Assembly (NCBI GenBank): GCA_964513345.1
Contig: CAZELY010000002.1
Span: forward strand, 13,578-77,577
Source of the DNA: an uncultured Muribaculaceae bacterium
GTDB taxonomy: Bacteria > Bacillota_I > Bacilli_A > RF39 > UBA660
Length of the DNA stretch: 64,000 bases
Direction: 5' to 3'
Shown piece by piece: positions 35,851 through 44,087 of the stretch. The notes under the pieces were generated by a model. The model saw only the letters and a program-made list of their open reading frames with translations, was not told the origin of the DNA and did no database searches. How positions within the stretch are numbered: position 1 is the stretch's first letter; each line of letters opens with the position of its first letter. Position numbers and translations under genes: made by a program.

Positions 35851-37833
35851 ATGAAAACAAAAAAATTTAAGCTTTTTGTTTTTATCATGGCTTTTTTTAT
35901 TATGGTAACATTTTCGATATTAATATCGAAAGTTGAAGCTTCTTCAGATTGTCCAATTTGTACAGGCGATAAATCAACTTATCCAATGGAAAAACAATTT
36001 TATGAAAGAATTCAAGCTTTAAAAGATAAGTATGGCAAAAATAAAATTGATGAAATCGCGTTAGCTGCTACTGTTTTACATCGAGAAAATTTTAATCAGG
36101 CTGCAAGAGCAAGGTACAATAAAGACTATAGCAGAAGTAGTTTTTCATCAGCTTTTTCTGCTGCTGAATCAGGCGAAGTATCAGACAATAAGGAAGAAAG
36201 CGAAAAACTTGGATTAACCGAAACTCAAGTTGACAAGCTTACAGCAGCTGCCATAATTATGGCGGCCTCAGCTGGTAGTGGCAGCTATAACGAAGATAAA
36301 TATAAAGAAGCTTTGGCTAACGAAAATTTCTTTGGCGATCATGAAAATATATTGTGCGGAGTTGCAGCACTTCACGGGTTATTTAGTGGTGAAAGCGACA
36401 GCGATTCCGAGGAAGCTATTAAGTGGACTAATCGTGAAAACATTTGTAAATATGGTTATGTTGGAACGGTATATAATTTAACTGAAATCGAAGATGATGA
36501 TGTAAGACACATCAGAGAAGAACGATCAGCACAAGAAATAATTGATTTTATTCATTATTACTATAAATTAACAAATAAAAAAAGGGACATGTGTGCAATA
36601 GCGACATCAGGTGATTTTGCCACTTGGAAACAATATGGCGAAACTTGGAGTTCTGTCATTATGGGCGGTGGAGGTTCAATTGCTAAATATGGTTGCTATG
36701 TCACATCAATAGCGATTCAAGCGGCTCGTTCTGGAACTGCGGTTGTTGATTTACCTAGTGGTTATGATAGCTTTAATCCAGGGGCCTTTGTTACATCTCT
36801 AAATCAAAATGGGGGCCTTGATGATAATTCTAATTTTACTGGCACTGGCTTTCAAAAAATCATCCCAAATTGGAAGTTACAAGGTAATTATTCCCTGGGA
36901 ACAGGCAGCAAATCAGTTTTAGCAAAAAAATTATCTGATGTACTATCTACAGGTGTTCCTGGTGATGGTGGTAAAGAATATCAAAAATTTCTTGTCTTAC
37001 AAATTCACCATTATAATAGCGATCAGCATTGGGTTGCTGTTGATTCAGTGACTGGTAATGAGGTAACAATTTTTGATCCAGGAGCTCAGGGTAATACTTT
37101 AGATGATAATTATAGTGGATGGTATGTCGATTCATATTCAGTTTTCTATGCAACAGACATTGAATTTGGGAAGACAGGAACATCAACGTCTGGACTTGCA
37201 AGTTGCGGTGCAGGCACTTTAGAGGACCTGATGACATTTATTAATAACTTTGAAGGTGGTACAACTTGTAACGATGGTACTGGTTATACTACTTCGACGT
37301 TACCAAATGATCCAGGAGGATTGACAGCATCAAATGGTGTTACGTTAGGAACAGCAAAATATTATCAAAGTGCGGCTGGTATTTCCGATATTGAAAGTGA
37401 ATATGCTACAGGATGTCCAAATAAAGAAAAGATGGATAAAATTAAAATGGCAATATTACAATCGATGTATGATGAAGTTGGTGCCAGCGCAGAAGAAAAA
37501 GGAGTTACATTAAGTGAACAAGAACATTTAGCACTTACTAGTGTTCGCTATGGTGGATATGGTATGGACAGGGATATTATGGATCAAATAAAGCAATTCG
37601 GTCATGATAGTTATGAAGTTTTCCACTGTTTTGTATCATTAGGCTGTGGCTTTGGTAATGCTTCATATATGGATGGACTTGCTAATAGACGTGCAGGTGA
37701 ATATGAGTTATTCAGAACCGGTAATACTAATGTACACAACGTTGGTAAAGGTTATAGTTATTATCAAGCAATTACAAATAAAGCACAGTTAGAACATTAC
37801 ATGCAAACAGATTGGCCAACTGGAAGTGCATAG
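35851..37833 (+). CDS. secreted multidomain cell-wall hydrolase candidate (papain-like Cys peptidase plus lysozyme-like C-terminal domain)
   Basis: I prefer the ATG at 35851. It has a signal peptide. The Cys-His-Asp arrangement is AKYGCYVTSIA ... DQHWVAVDS ... IFDPG (C39-like/CHAP-like). The C-terminal FINNFEGGTTCNDGTGYTT resembles a lysozyme catalytic-Glu region. Confidence 0.5.
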   Translation: MKTKKFKLFVFIMAFFIMVTFSILISKVEASSDCPICTGDKSTYPMEKQFYERIQALKDKYGKNKIDEIALAATVLHRENFNQAARARYNKDYSRSSFSSAFSAAESGEVSDNKEESEKLGLTETQVDKLTAAAIIMAASAGSGSYNEDKYKEALANENFFGDHENILCGVAALHGLFSGESDSDSEEAIKWTNRENICKYGYVGTVYNLTEIEDDDVRHIREERSAQEIIDFIHYYYKLTNKKRDMCAIATSGDFATWKQYGETWSSVIMGGGGSIAKYGCYVTSIAIQAARSGTAVVDLPSGYDSFNPGAFVTSLNQNGGLDDNSNFTGTGFQKIIPNWKLQGNYSLGTGSKSVLAKKLSDVLSTGVPGDGGKEYQKFLVLQIHHYNSDQHWVAVDSVTGNEVTIFDPGAQGNTLDDNYSGWYVDSYSVFYATDIEFGKTGTSTSGLASCGAGTLEDLMTFINNFEGGTTCNDGTGYTTSTLPNDPGGLTASNGVTLGTAKYYQSAAGISDIESEYATGCPNKEKMDKIKMAILQSMYDEVGASAEEKGVTLSEQEHLALTSVRYGGYGMDRDIMDQIKQFGHDSYEVFHCFVSLGCGFGNASYMDGLANRRAGEYELFRTGNTNVHNVGKGYSYYQAITNKAQLEHYMQTDWPTGSA

Positions 37834-37834
37834 A

Positions 37835-37862
37835 AAAACATTCTAATTTATTAGAATGTTTT
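37835..37862. terminator. bidirectional terminator between convergent genes
   Basis: A perfect 12-bp stem, AAAACATTCTAA (37835-37846) with TTAGAATGTTTT (37851-37862), and a 4-nt loop. An A-run lies upstream and a T-run downstream. Confidence 0.75.
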
Positions 37863-38414
37863 TTATATTTTTTTTGACTTTTTAGTGGTAAATAAATTAT
37901 TTATTTTTGCTTTTTTTATAATATTATTTATTTCACCCGAAAATACAATTGCTTCTTCTTTGATCCGCGGGCACATCAATTTATAATCGCCCTTTGCTTT
38001 AAGTATTTTGCAATCAAAAGTTTTAGTTTTAATATTGTATGTTGCACTTTGAGAAATTGCATAATAGTTTGGTGAAAAGCTTTCTGAATAATATGAAATT
38101 TCGACGTCGTTTGTGCCGTCATATTTTAAAATAATAGTTTCATATATATTTTTTATATTTTTTGTAAACTTGTTTGCTTTAATTGAAAAAATATAGTTAA
38201 TAGTTGAATTCATGTCACCACTTTCAGTTACAGTTTTATAAAATACACCATTTTTATTTTTATATTCATGTTTTTGCAAATAATTTTCAAGTCTATTTTC
38301 ATTAGAGCTTTTTCCAATTACAAAAATTAACAAAATAGTAGCAATTAAAATTATGCTGCAAATAAAAACCCATTTAAATTTTTTAATCACATTAAATACA
38401 CCTGTGTCTTCCAC
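37863..38414 (-). CDS. bitopic membrane protein (N-terminal TM plus a domain of about 150 aa), only minus-strand gene in the cluster
   Basis: 183-aa ORF with TM WVFICSIILIATILLIFVI. Its size and topology are compatible with a VirB8/NTF2-like component, but no motif supports that. Confidence 0.45.
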   Translation of the reverse strand: MEDTGVFNVIKKFKWVFICSIILIATILLIFVIGKSSNENRLENYLQKHEYKNKNGVFYKTVTESGDMNSTINYIFSIKANKFTKNIKNIYETIILKYDGTNDVEISYYSESFSPNYYAISQSATYNIKTKTFDCKILKAKGDYKLMCPRIKEEAIVFSGEINNIIKKAKINNLFTTKKSKKI

Positions 38415-38531
38415 TTTACCACCTTCTATTTTAAATTATATCAATAACAAAAATATTATGCAATAAAAAACAAAAAAATAATTGACTATTGATTTTTAAC
38501 TTTATATAATGATAATAGGAGGCTGGATAAT

Positions 38532-39311
38532 ATGGATGGTGAAAGAGAAAAGACTATCAAACTGCTAGTTTGGTCGGCTATTATTTTCATAATTATAATT
38601 TTTGCTGCAGTAGTATATAATATTTTTATCAAAGATGATGGGGCAAAAACATCAGACAAATATATTCTTTTTGGAAATTATTTAATTTTGCAAAAAACAA
38701 ATTTTTCGTATCAACAAATAAAAACTCTGGATGATAAAATTTTACAGTATGATTATATTGTTACAGATGGTAAAAATACAAGAAACGATGTAAAAATACA
38801 ATTTTTAAATAACAAGTGGTATTTATTTGATAAAGAATATAATGAAATTAAGATGAATACTATGCGAATGGCTACCCATAATTTTAAAGCAACGCTTGTA
38901 AATTATTTGAGAAATACACATATCATGGCTTCTGATGATCAACGTATTCATGAATTTTTAGAGAATGATTCTGCAAGAAAGCCAGATAGTTATTTTTTCA
39001 CTAAAATATCTACAGACTTAGATAATGATGGCCAAGAAGAAAATCTTTATACACTAAATAATAATTCACTGGCTGCAGTCAATTATCCAGTTAAAGGATT
39101 TCTATTGATGGAAAAAGATAGTAATCTAATAAAAATTGCTGAAGCTGAAAATCAACCATTCACAATTATGGAGATAGTTGATTTGGAAAGTGATGGTACT
39201 TATGAAATGATTGTTAATAAAGGTGATGTTGATCTTAAATCATTTGATAGCTGCTATCAAATATATAGTTTTAAAGACGGAAAATTTGAATTAGTAAAAG
39301 ATTGTAAGTAA
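38532..39311 (+). CDS. bitopic membrane protein with DxDxDG-type (FG-GAP/VCBS-like) motifs
   Basis: A TTGACT-17-TATAAT promoter lies upstream. It has an N-terminal TM and the motifs DLDNDGQEEN and DLESDGTYEM. Confidence 0.45.
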   Translation: MDGEREKTIKLLVWSAIIFIIIIFAAVVYNIFIKDDGAKTSDKYILFGNYLILQKTNFSYQQIKTLDDKILQYDYIVTDGKNTRNDVKIQFLNNKWYLFDKEYNEIKMNTMRMATHNFKATLVNYLRNTHIMASDDQRIHEFLENDSARKPDSYFFTKISTDLDNDGQEENLYTLNNNSLAAVNYPVKGFLLMEKDSNLIKIAEAENQPFTIMEIVDLESDGTYEMIVNKGDVDLKSFDSCYQIYSFKDGKFELVKDCK

Positions 39312-39373
39312 TATTTTAAATATTACTTTTTTGTGCTATAATATGGTTGTTGTTGATAAAAAGGAGAATTAGT

Positions 39374-41641
39374 ATGAAATTAAAATTTACAGCTGACTCA
39401 AAAGATTGGATGATGTTCGGTATATATGCCGTTGTTTTATTATATTTTGTAGCAATCGCAGTTTTAAATATTGCCCAATTTGCGGCTGGTGATATAGATC
39501 ATCCATTCCATGGATTAAATCCATTTCCAGCGTTTTCTAAAAACTTTATTGCAACCACAATTATTTTATATATAATTGCACTAGTTGCGAGTCTTTTAAG
39601 TGTTTCCGATAGGTTTTTTGATATGGAAACTGGTATTGGTTTTTCTTCTAAAAAGAAAAAAGAAAAAGGTTATTCTAAATGGTTAGATGCTAGAGAATTA
39701 AAAAAAGATCGTGGTGTTGCCATGAGTTTGATAAATTCTGAAACTAGCGAAGCCGGTGGATTACCACTTTTCTACGAAGGTAAGAAAGTATGGGTTGATA
39801 ATGGCGAAGGACATACAATGATTATGGGTTCTTCTGGATCTGGTAAAACCCAAATGATTGCTTTCCCAATGGTTAAGAATTTAGCAAAACATGATGAATC
39901 TATGATTATAACTGACCCTAAGGGTGAAATTTATGAAGGCACTCATAAAATGCTTGAAGAAAGAGGTTATAATGTTGTTCTTTTAAATTTCCGTAATCCA
40001 CAAAATGGTAGTGGTTGGAATCCACTACATCTTCCTTACCAGTACTATAAAAATGGTAATATCGATAAAGCTAACGAATTAGTTGATGACTTAGGTGTTA
40101 ATATTATTTATGAAGAAAACGCTCAAAACCAAGACCCATTCTGGGAAAAAACTTCAGCTAACTACTTTGCGGGATTATGTTTAGCGTTATTTGAAGATGC
40201 TAAAGAAGAAGAAATAAATAAAAATATTATAAATATGTTTACACCAATTGGTGAAGAAATAGCAGGTCCAAACACAACTTATGTTAATGAATACTTTAAA
40301 ACCAAAGACCAAAACTCTTCAGCTTATGTATCAGCATCATCAACACTAATTGCGCCTAATGATACAAAAGGTAGTATTTTATCTGTCTTTAAAGAAAAAT
40401 TAAGACTATTTGCTTCACGTGAAAACATGTCAGAAATGCTTTCACATAGTGATTTCGAATTTGAAGATATTGGTAAAAAGAAAACAGCAGTATTTATTAT
40501 CATTCAAGATGAAAAAACAACATATCACTCATTAGTTACAATATTTATTAAACAATGTTATGAAACATTAATTGACTATGCTCAAAAATGCGGTGGAAAA
40601 CTTCCATATAGAACTAACTTTATTCTAGATGAGTTTGCCAATATGCCGCCACTTAAGGACGTAGAAACAATGGTATCAGCAGCGAGAAGCCGTAATATGA
40701 GATTTACTTTCATTATTCAAAACTTCGCGCAATTATCTGGTAAATATGGTAAAGATACAGCCGATACAATTAGAGGTAACTGTACTAATACGATATACTT
40801 AATTTCAACAGAACTTGCTGCCTTAGAAGAAATCAGCAAACTATGTGGGGAAATTAAAGTAAAAAGTGGCAAAGGTGAAAAAGAAAAAGAAGAAACAAGG
40901 CCACTTGTTACAGTTAGTGATTTACAAAAAATGCCGTTTGGTGAAATAATATTGCTTCGTCAAAGGCTAGATCCATTTAAAACAAAATTGAGGTTTGATT
41001 ATGAAATGAATTGGCCAGATTTATTTAAAAATCAAGATTCTAAAGATGCCGTTTACCCACATCGTGAAAAAGAACCAGTTCATATATTTGATTTAAAAGC
41101 TTACGTTAATAAGAAAAAAGAAGAAAAAATTCAAGAATTAATCAGCAACGGCATGAATAAACCAAACTCACCAGGTCTTCCTAATATTCCAGGCTTGCCA
41201 ACAGCAAAACCAAAGGGTTTGAATGTCAATGATTTGGTTCAACGTATTGATAAGCGTTTAGCAGAATTAGAAGAGGAAGAAAAGAAAGAAAAAGAAAACT
41301 TAAATATCAAGGCTAAAGGTGGTGCTTCTAAAGAGCCGACTATATCTTCAGCAACAACAGTAGATGAAATTCAAAAACAAATAACTGATGAACAAATTGA
41401 TAATAAGATTGCTGGAGAACCTGTAGTACAAAAACCAGTTGTTCCAGCCAAACCTAGAAGCGAAAGAAAGATAAATAAAACAGATTTAGCTGCTAAGATT
41501 ACTAGTAGAGTTAATGAGACTGCTAAACCAAAGCCAGATTTATTGAAGCCAATGGAACCATCTGAAGTGGAAAAGCCACAAAATGACTATGTCACCGATG
41601 ATCAATTCTTTGATGATTTCTTTGCTGACGATGATGAATAA
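39374..41641 (+). CDS. virD4: VirD4/TraG-type type IV coupling protein
   Basis: I prefer the ATG at 39374 (AAGGAG RBS). Two N-terminal TMs, Walker A GSSGSGKTQ and Walker B FILDEFANMP. A long low-complexity C-terminal extension ends DDQFFDDFFADDDE. Confidence 0.8.
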   Translation: MKLKFTADSKDWMMFGIYAVVLLYFVAIAVLNIAQFAAGDIDHPFHGLNPFPAFSKNFIATTIILYIIALVASLLSVSDRFFDMETGIGFSSKKKKEKGYSKWLDARELKKDRGVAMSLINSETSEAGGLPLFYEGKKVWVDNGEGHTMIMGSSGSGKTQMIAFPMVKNLAKHDESMIITDPKGEIYEGTHKMLEERGYNVVLLNFRNPQNGSGWNPLHLPYQYYKNGNIDKANELVDDLGVNIIYEENAQNQDPFWEKTSANYFAGLCLALFEDAKEEEINKNIINMFTPIGEEIAGPNTTYVNEYFKTKDQNSSAYVSASSTLIAPNDTKGSILSVFKEKLRLFASRENMSEMLSHSDFEFEDIGKKKTAVFIIIQDEKTTYHSLVTIFIKQCYETLIDYAQKCGGKLPYRTNFILDEFANMPPLKDVETMVSAARSRNMRFTFIIQNFAQLSGKYGKDTADTIRGNCTNTIYLISTELAALEEISKLCGEIKVKSGKGEKEKEETRPLVTVSDLQKMPFGEIILLRQRLDPFKTKLRFDYEMNWPDLFKNQDSKDAVYPHREKEPVHIFDLKAYVNKKKEEKIQELISNGMNKPNSPGLPNIPGLPTAKPKGLNVNDLVQRIDKRLAELEEEEKKEKENLNIKAKGGASKEPTISSATTVDEIQKQITDEQIDNKIAGEPVVQKPVVPAKPRSERKINKTDLAAKITSRVNETAKPKPDLLKPMEPSEVEKPQNDYVTDDQFFDDFFADDDE

Positions 41642-41669
41642 AACAATTCCTAAGGAATTGTTTTTTTTA
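41642..41669 (+). terminator. rho-independent terminator after virD4
   Basis: AACAATTCC (41642-41650) pairs with GGAATTGTT (41654-41662), followed by a T-run. Confidence 0.7.
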
Positions 41670-41724
41670 GACTAAAATAAAACCATAATTAATTATTTTT
41701 CATATAATAAACTGAGGTGATACT

Positions 41725-42003
41725 TTGGAAATTACAATTGAAAATTTAAAAAAAATAAATAATCCTAATATAATTGATATTCGAAGTAGTGATAGCTACA
41801 ATAAAGGTCATATACAAGACTCTAAAAACATTATATATAACAGTCTAGTATTAAAGCCGCAACTATTTTTAAACAAAACTAAAACATATTATATTTATTG
41901 TGATTATGGCAACACATCATTAGGATTATGTAAAATTTTAAGAGGTCAAGGATATGATGTATATAGTATTAAAGGAGGGTATTCTAAATTAACAAACCGC
42001 TAA
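41725..42003 (+). CDS. single-domain rhodanese-like protein (TTG start)
   Basis: GAGGTGA RBS. IIDIRSSDSYNKGHIQDS and the active-site loop YCDYGNTS. Confidence 0.65.
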   Translation: MEITIENLKKINNPNIIDIRSSDSYNKGHIQDSKNIIYNSLVLKPQLFLNKTKTYYIYCDYGNTSLGLCKILRGQGYDVYSIKGGYSKLTNR

Positions 42004-42068
42004 CATATGTAACGAACAGCGACACCAAAAGTCTTTTAAAATATGGGAAAATATAGTTGGTGGTTAAT

Positions 42069-42329
42069 ATGACATTTAATCGTAATGATGAAAATTATGT
42101 TTATGATTTTGTCGGTAAAAACATACGGAAATATCGTCTACAAAAAGGATGGACACAAAAGAAATTAGCCGAAGAAACTCGTTATTCAAAACAGTTTATA
42201 TCAAATATTGAAAACAATGTTCATCAAACATTTTCACTAGGAACTTTATGGAAAATAGCCATGGTTTTAGAAGTGGAAATGGCCGAATTATGTAAAGAAG
42301 AAAAAGAAGAAGAAAACACATATTATTAA
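42069..42329 (+). CDS. XRE-family HTH transcriptional regulator
   Basis: VGKNIRKYRLQKGWTQKKLAEETRYSKQFISNIENN. I prefer the ATG at 42069 over the upstream TTG. Confidence 0.7.
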   Translation: MTFNRNDENYVYDFVGKNIRKYRLQKGWTQKKLAEETRYSKQFISNIENNVHQTFSLGTLWKIAMVLEVEMAELCKEEKEEENTYY

Positions 42330-42389
42330 ATAAACCAAAAGGTTTATTTTTTTCTTTTTATAAGCTATAATAATATAGGAGGTTACAGT

Positions 42390-43457
42390 ATGGAATATAT
42401 AATAATCGGATTACTAGTAGTAATATTAATAATTAGTGTAATAGCTTTAACAAAAAATGTTAATGAATCTAATATCACTGAAAGACTTGGCAAACTAGAA
42501 ACAGAAGTTGTTAAAGAGTTAGGTGAATTTAAAAGTGATTTAGCTGATAACACTAATAATAATTTTAACACTTTAAATGATAAAATGGAGAAAAAGCTTA
42601 GTTTAATTAATGATAAAGTAAATGAAAGATTAGATCAAAATTTCGAAAAGACCAATAAAACGTTTGCTTCTGTTTTAGAAAGAATTTCAAAAATAGATGA
42701 AGCCCAAAAGAAAATAGATAGCCTATCAAACGATATTGTTTCATTGCAAACAGTTTTAACTGACAAAAAAACAAGAGGAATCTTTGGAGAAGTTAATTTG
42801 CAACATATTCTAGAAAATGTTTTTGGAGTCAACAACAAAAAAATATATCAACTTCAATACACTTTAGAAAATGGTACTATTGCTGATAGTGTTATTTTTG
42901 CACCTGAACCTTTGGGTTTAATTGCGATTGACTCAAAATTTCCTTTGGAAAACTTTAGAGCGATGGTTGATAAAGAAAACAAAAGAAAAAGCGAAGCAGA
43001 AAAACTATTTAAAAGCGACATGAAAAAACACATCGATGCGATTGCTAGTAAATACATAATTCCTGGTCAAACTTCTGATCAAGCTATGCTATTTTTACCA
43101 GCTGAAGCCATATTCGCTGAAGTTACTGCTTATCATCCAGAAATAATGGATTATGCTTATAAAAAAAGAGTTTGGATTACTGGTCCTACTACTTTGATGA
43201 GCACTTTAACAACTTTACAGGTGATTATGAAAAACATTGAAAGAGATAAATACGCTAAAGTTATTCACCAAGAATTAAAACTATTAGATGAAGAATTTAT
43301 TCGTTATAAAGATAGATGGGACAAATTATCTAGAAGTATTGATACTGTAAGCAAAGATGTTAAAGATATTCATACAACAACTGAAAAAATAACAAAAAGA
43401 TTTAATTCTATCAATCAAGTTGAAATGGAGAGCATAACACATGAAGACAATAAATAA
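42390..43457 (+). CDS. rmuC: DNA recombination protein RmuC
   Basis: N-terminal TM, a coiled coil, and the RmuC-type core (KTRGIFGEVNLQHILENVFG ... LFLPAEAIFAE). Confidence 0.8.
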   Translation: MEYIIIGLLVVILIISVIALTKNVNESNITERLGKLETEVVKELGEFKSDLADNTNNNFNTLNDKMEKKLSLINDKVNERLDQNFEKTNKTFASVLERISKIDEAQKKIDSLSNDIVSLQTVLTDKKTRGIFGEVNLQHILENVFGVNNKKIYQLQYTLENGTIADSVIFAPEPLGLIAIDSKFPLENFRAMVDKENKRKSEAEKLFKSDMKKHIDAIASKYIIPGQTSDQAMLFLPAEAIFAEVTAYHPEIMDYAYKKRVWITGPTTLMSTLTTLQVIMKNIERDKYAKVIHQELKLLDEEFIRYKDRWDKLSRSIDTVSKDVKDIHTTTEKITKRFNSINQVEMESITHEDNK

Positions 43458-44010
43458 ACTACTAATTATTTTCACTATACTTTTAGCATATATTCACATT
43501 TTAATATATTCAATTTTAAATTTTGATGGTGATGGTAATCAAATAGTTATAATTTTAAAAGACGCTAGTATTGCTTTGACAATAACGCTACCTTATATTT
43601 TTGAAAAGGTATTTAAAATTAAAATTGATGAAAGTTTTAAGCTATGCTGGATTATATTTATTTTTATGGCTCACTATGTAGGTGTAATTTTAGAAGTGTT
43701 TTTTATAACTGAAGGCTTTGATAAAGTTACACATACTTTATCAGGAGTTATAAGCGCCTATGTAGCATTACTAATTCTTAATCATAATAAAATTAAAAAT
43801 AAAGTAATAAATATATTATTTATCATTGCTTTTTCAGCATTATGTGCAGTATGCTGGGAAATATTTGAATATGTCTGCAATATCCTATTTGGCGGCGATG
43901 CTCAAATGGTTGAAAAAACAGGCGTTAATGACACAATGCTCGATATGATAGTGGCGCTTATTGGTGCTTTGTGTTTTAGTGTTTGGTATAAAATTAAGAA
44001 GACGTCTTGA
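43441..44010 (+). CDS. polytopic membrane protein (YjdF-like?)
   Basis: 189 aa with about 5 TM helices and the segments FDKVTHTLSG, CWEIFEY and DTMLDMIVALIG. The family call is tentative. Confidence 0.4.
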   Translation: MKTINKLLIIFTILLAYIHILIYSILNFDGDGNQIVIILKDASIALTITLPYIFEKVFKIKIDESFKLCWIIFIFMAHYVGVILEVFFITEGFDKVTHTLSGVISAYVALLILNHNKIKNKVINILFIIAFSALCAVCWEIFEYVCNILFGGDAQMVEKTGVNDTMLDMIVALIGALCFSVWYKIKKTS

Positions 44011-44087
44011 CGTCTTTTTTACTATGAAAACAATAAATTACTATATTTTTAAAGGAATATATATTATAATAAATATAAGGTGGTTAC

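Noticed and set aside
35835-35853. The 19-nt string AAAGGCGGTGATAAAAATG is identical at 35835-35853 and 56404-56422, in both cases spanning an RBS and start codon.
   Set aside because: - The similarity does not extend into the flanking or coding sequence.
- It probably reflects convergence on an RBS-spacer-ATG-Lys-rich signal-peptide start in an AT-rich genome.
- I do not treat it as a repeat element.
13081-41724. Direct repeats (att sites), an integrase, a relaxase or oriT-like nicking repeats that would mark the big cluster as an ICE.
   Set aside because: - By-eye comparison of the two border spacers (13081-13178 and 41642-41724) shows no shared repeat.
- No ORF shows recombinase or HUH-relaxase motifs.
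- This is negative evidence only and is limited by manual inspection.
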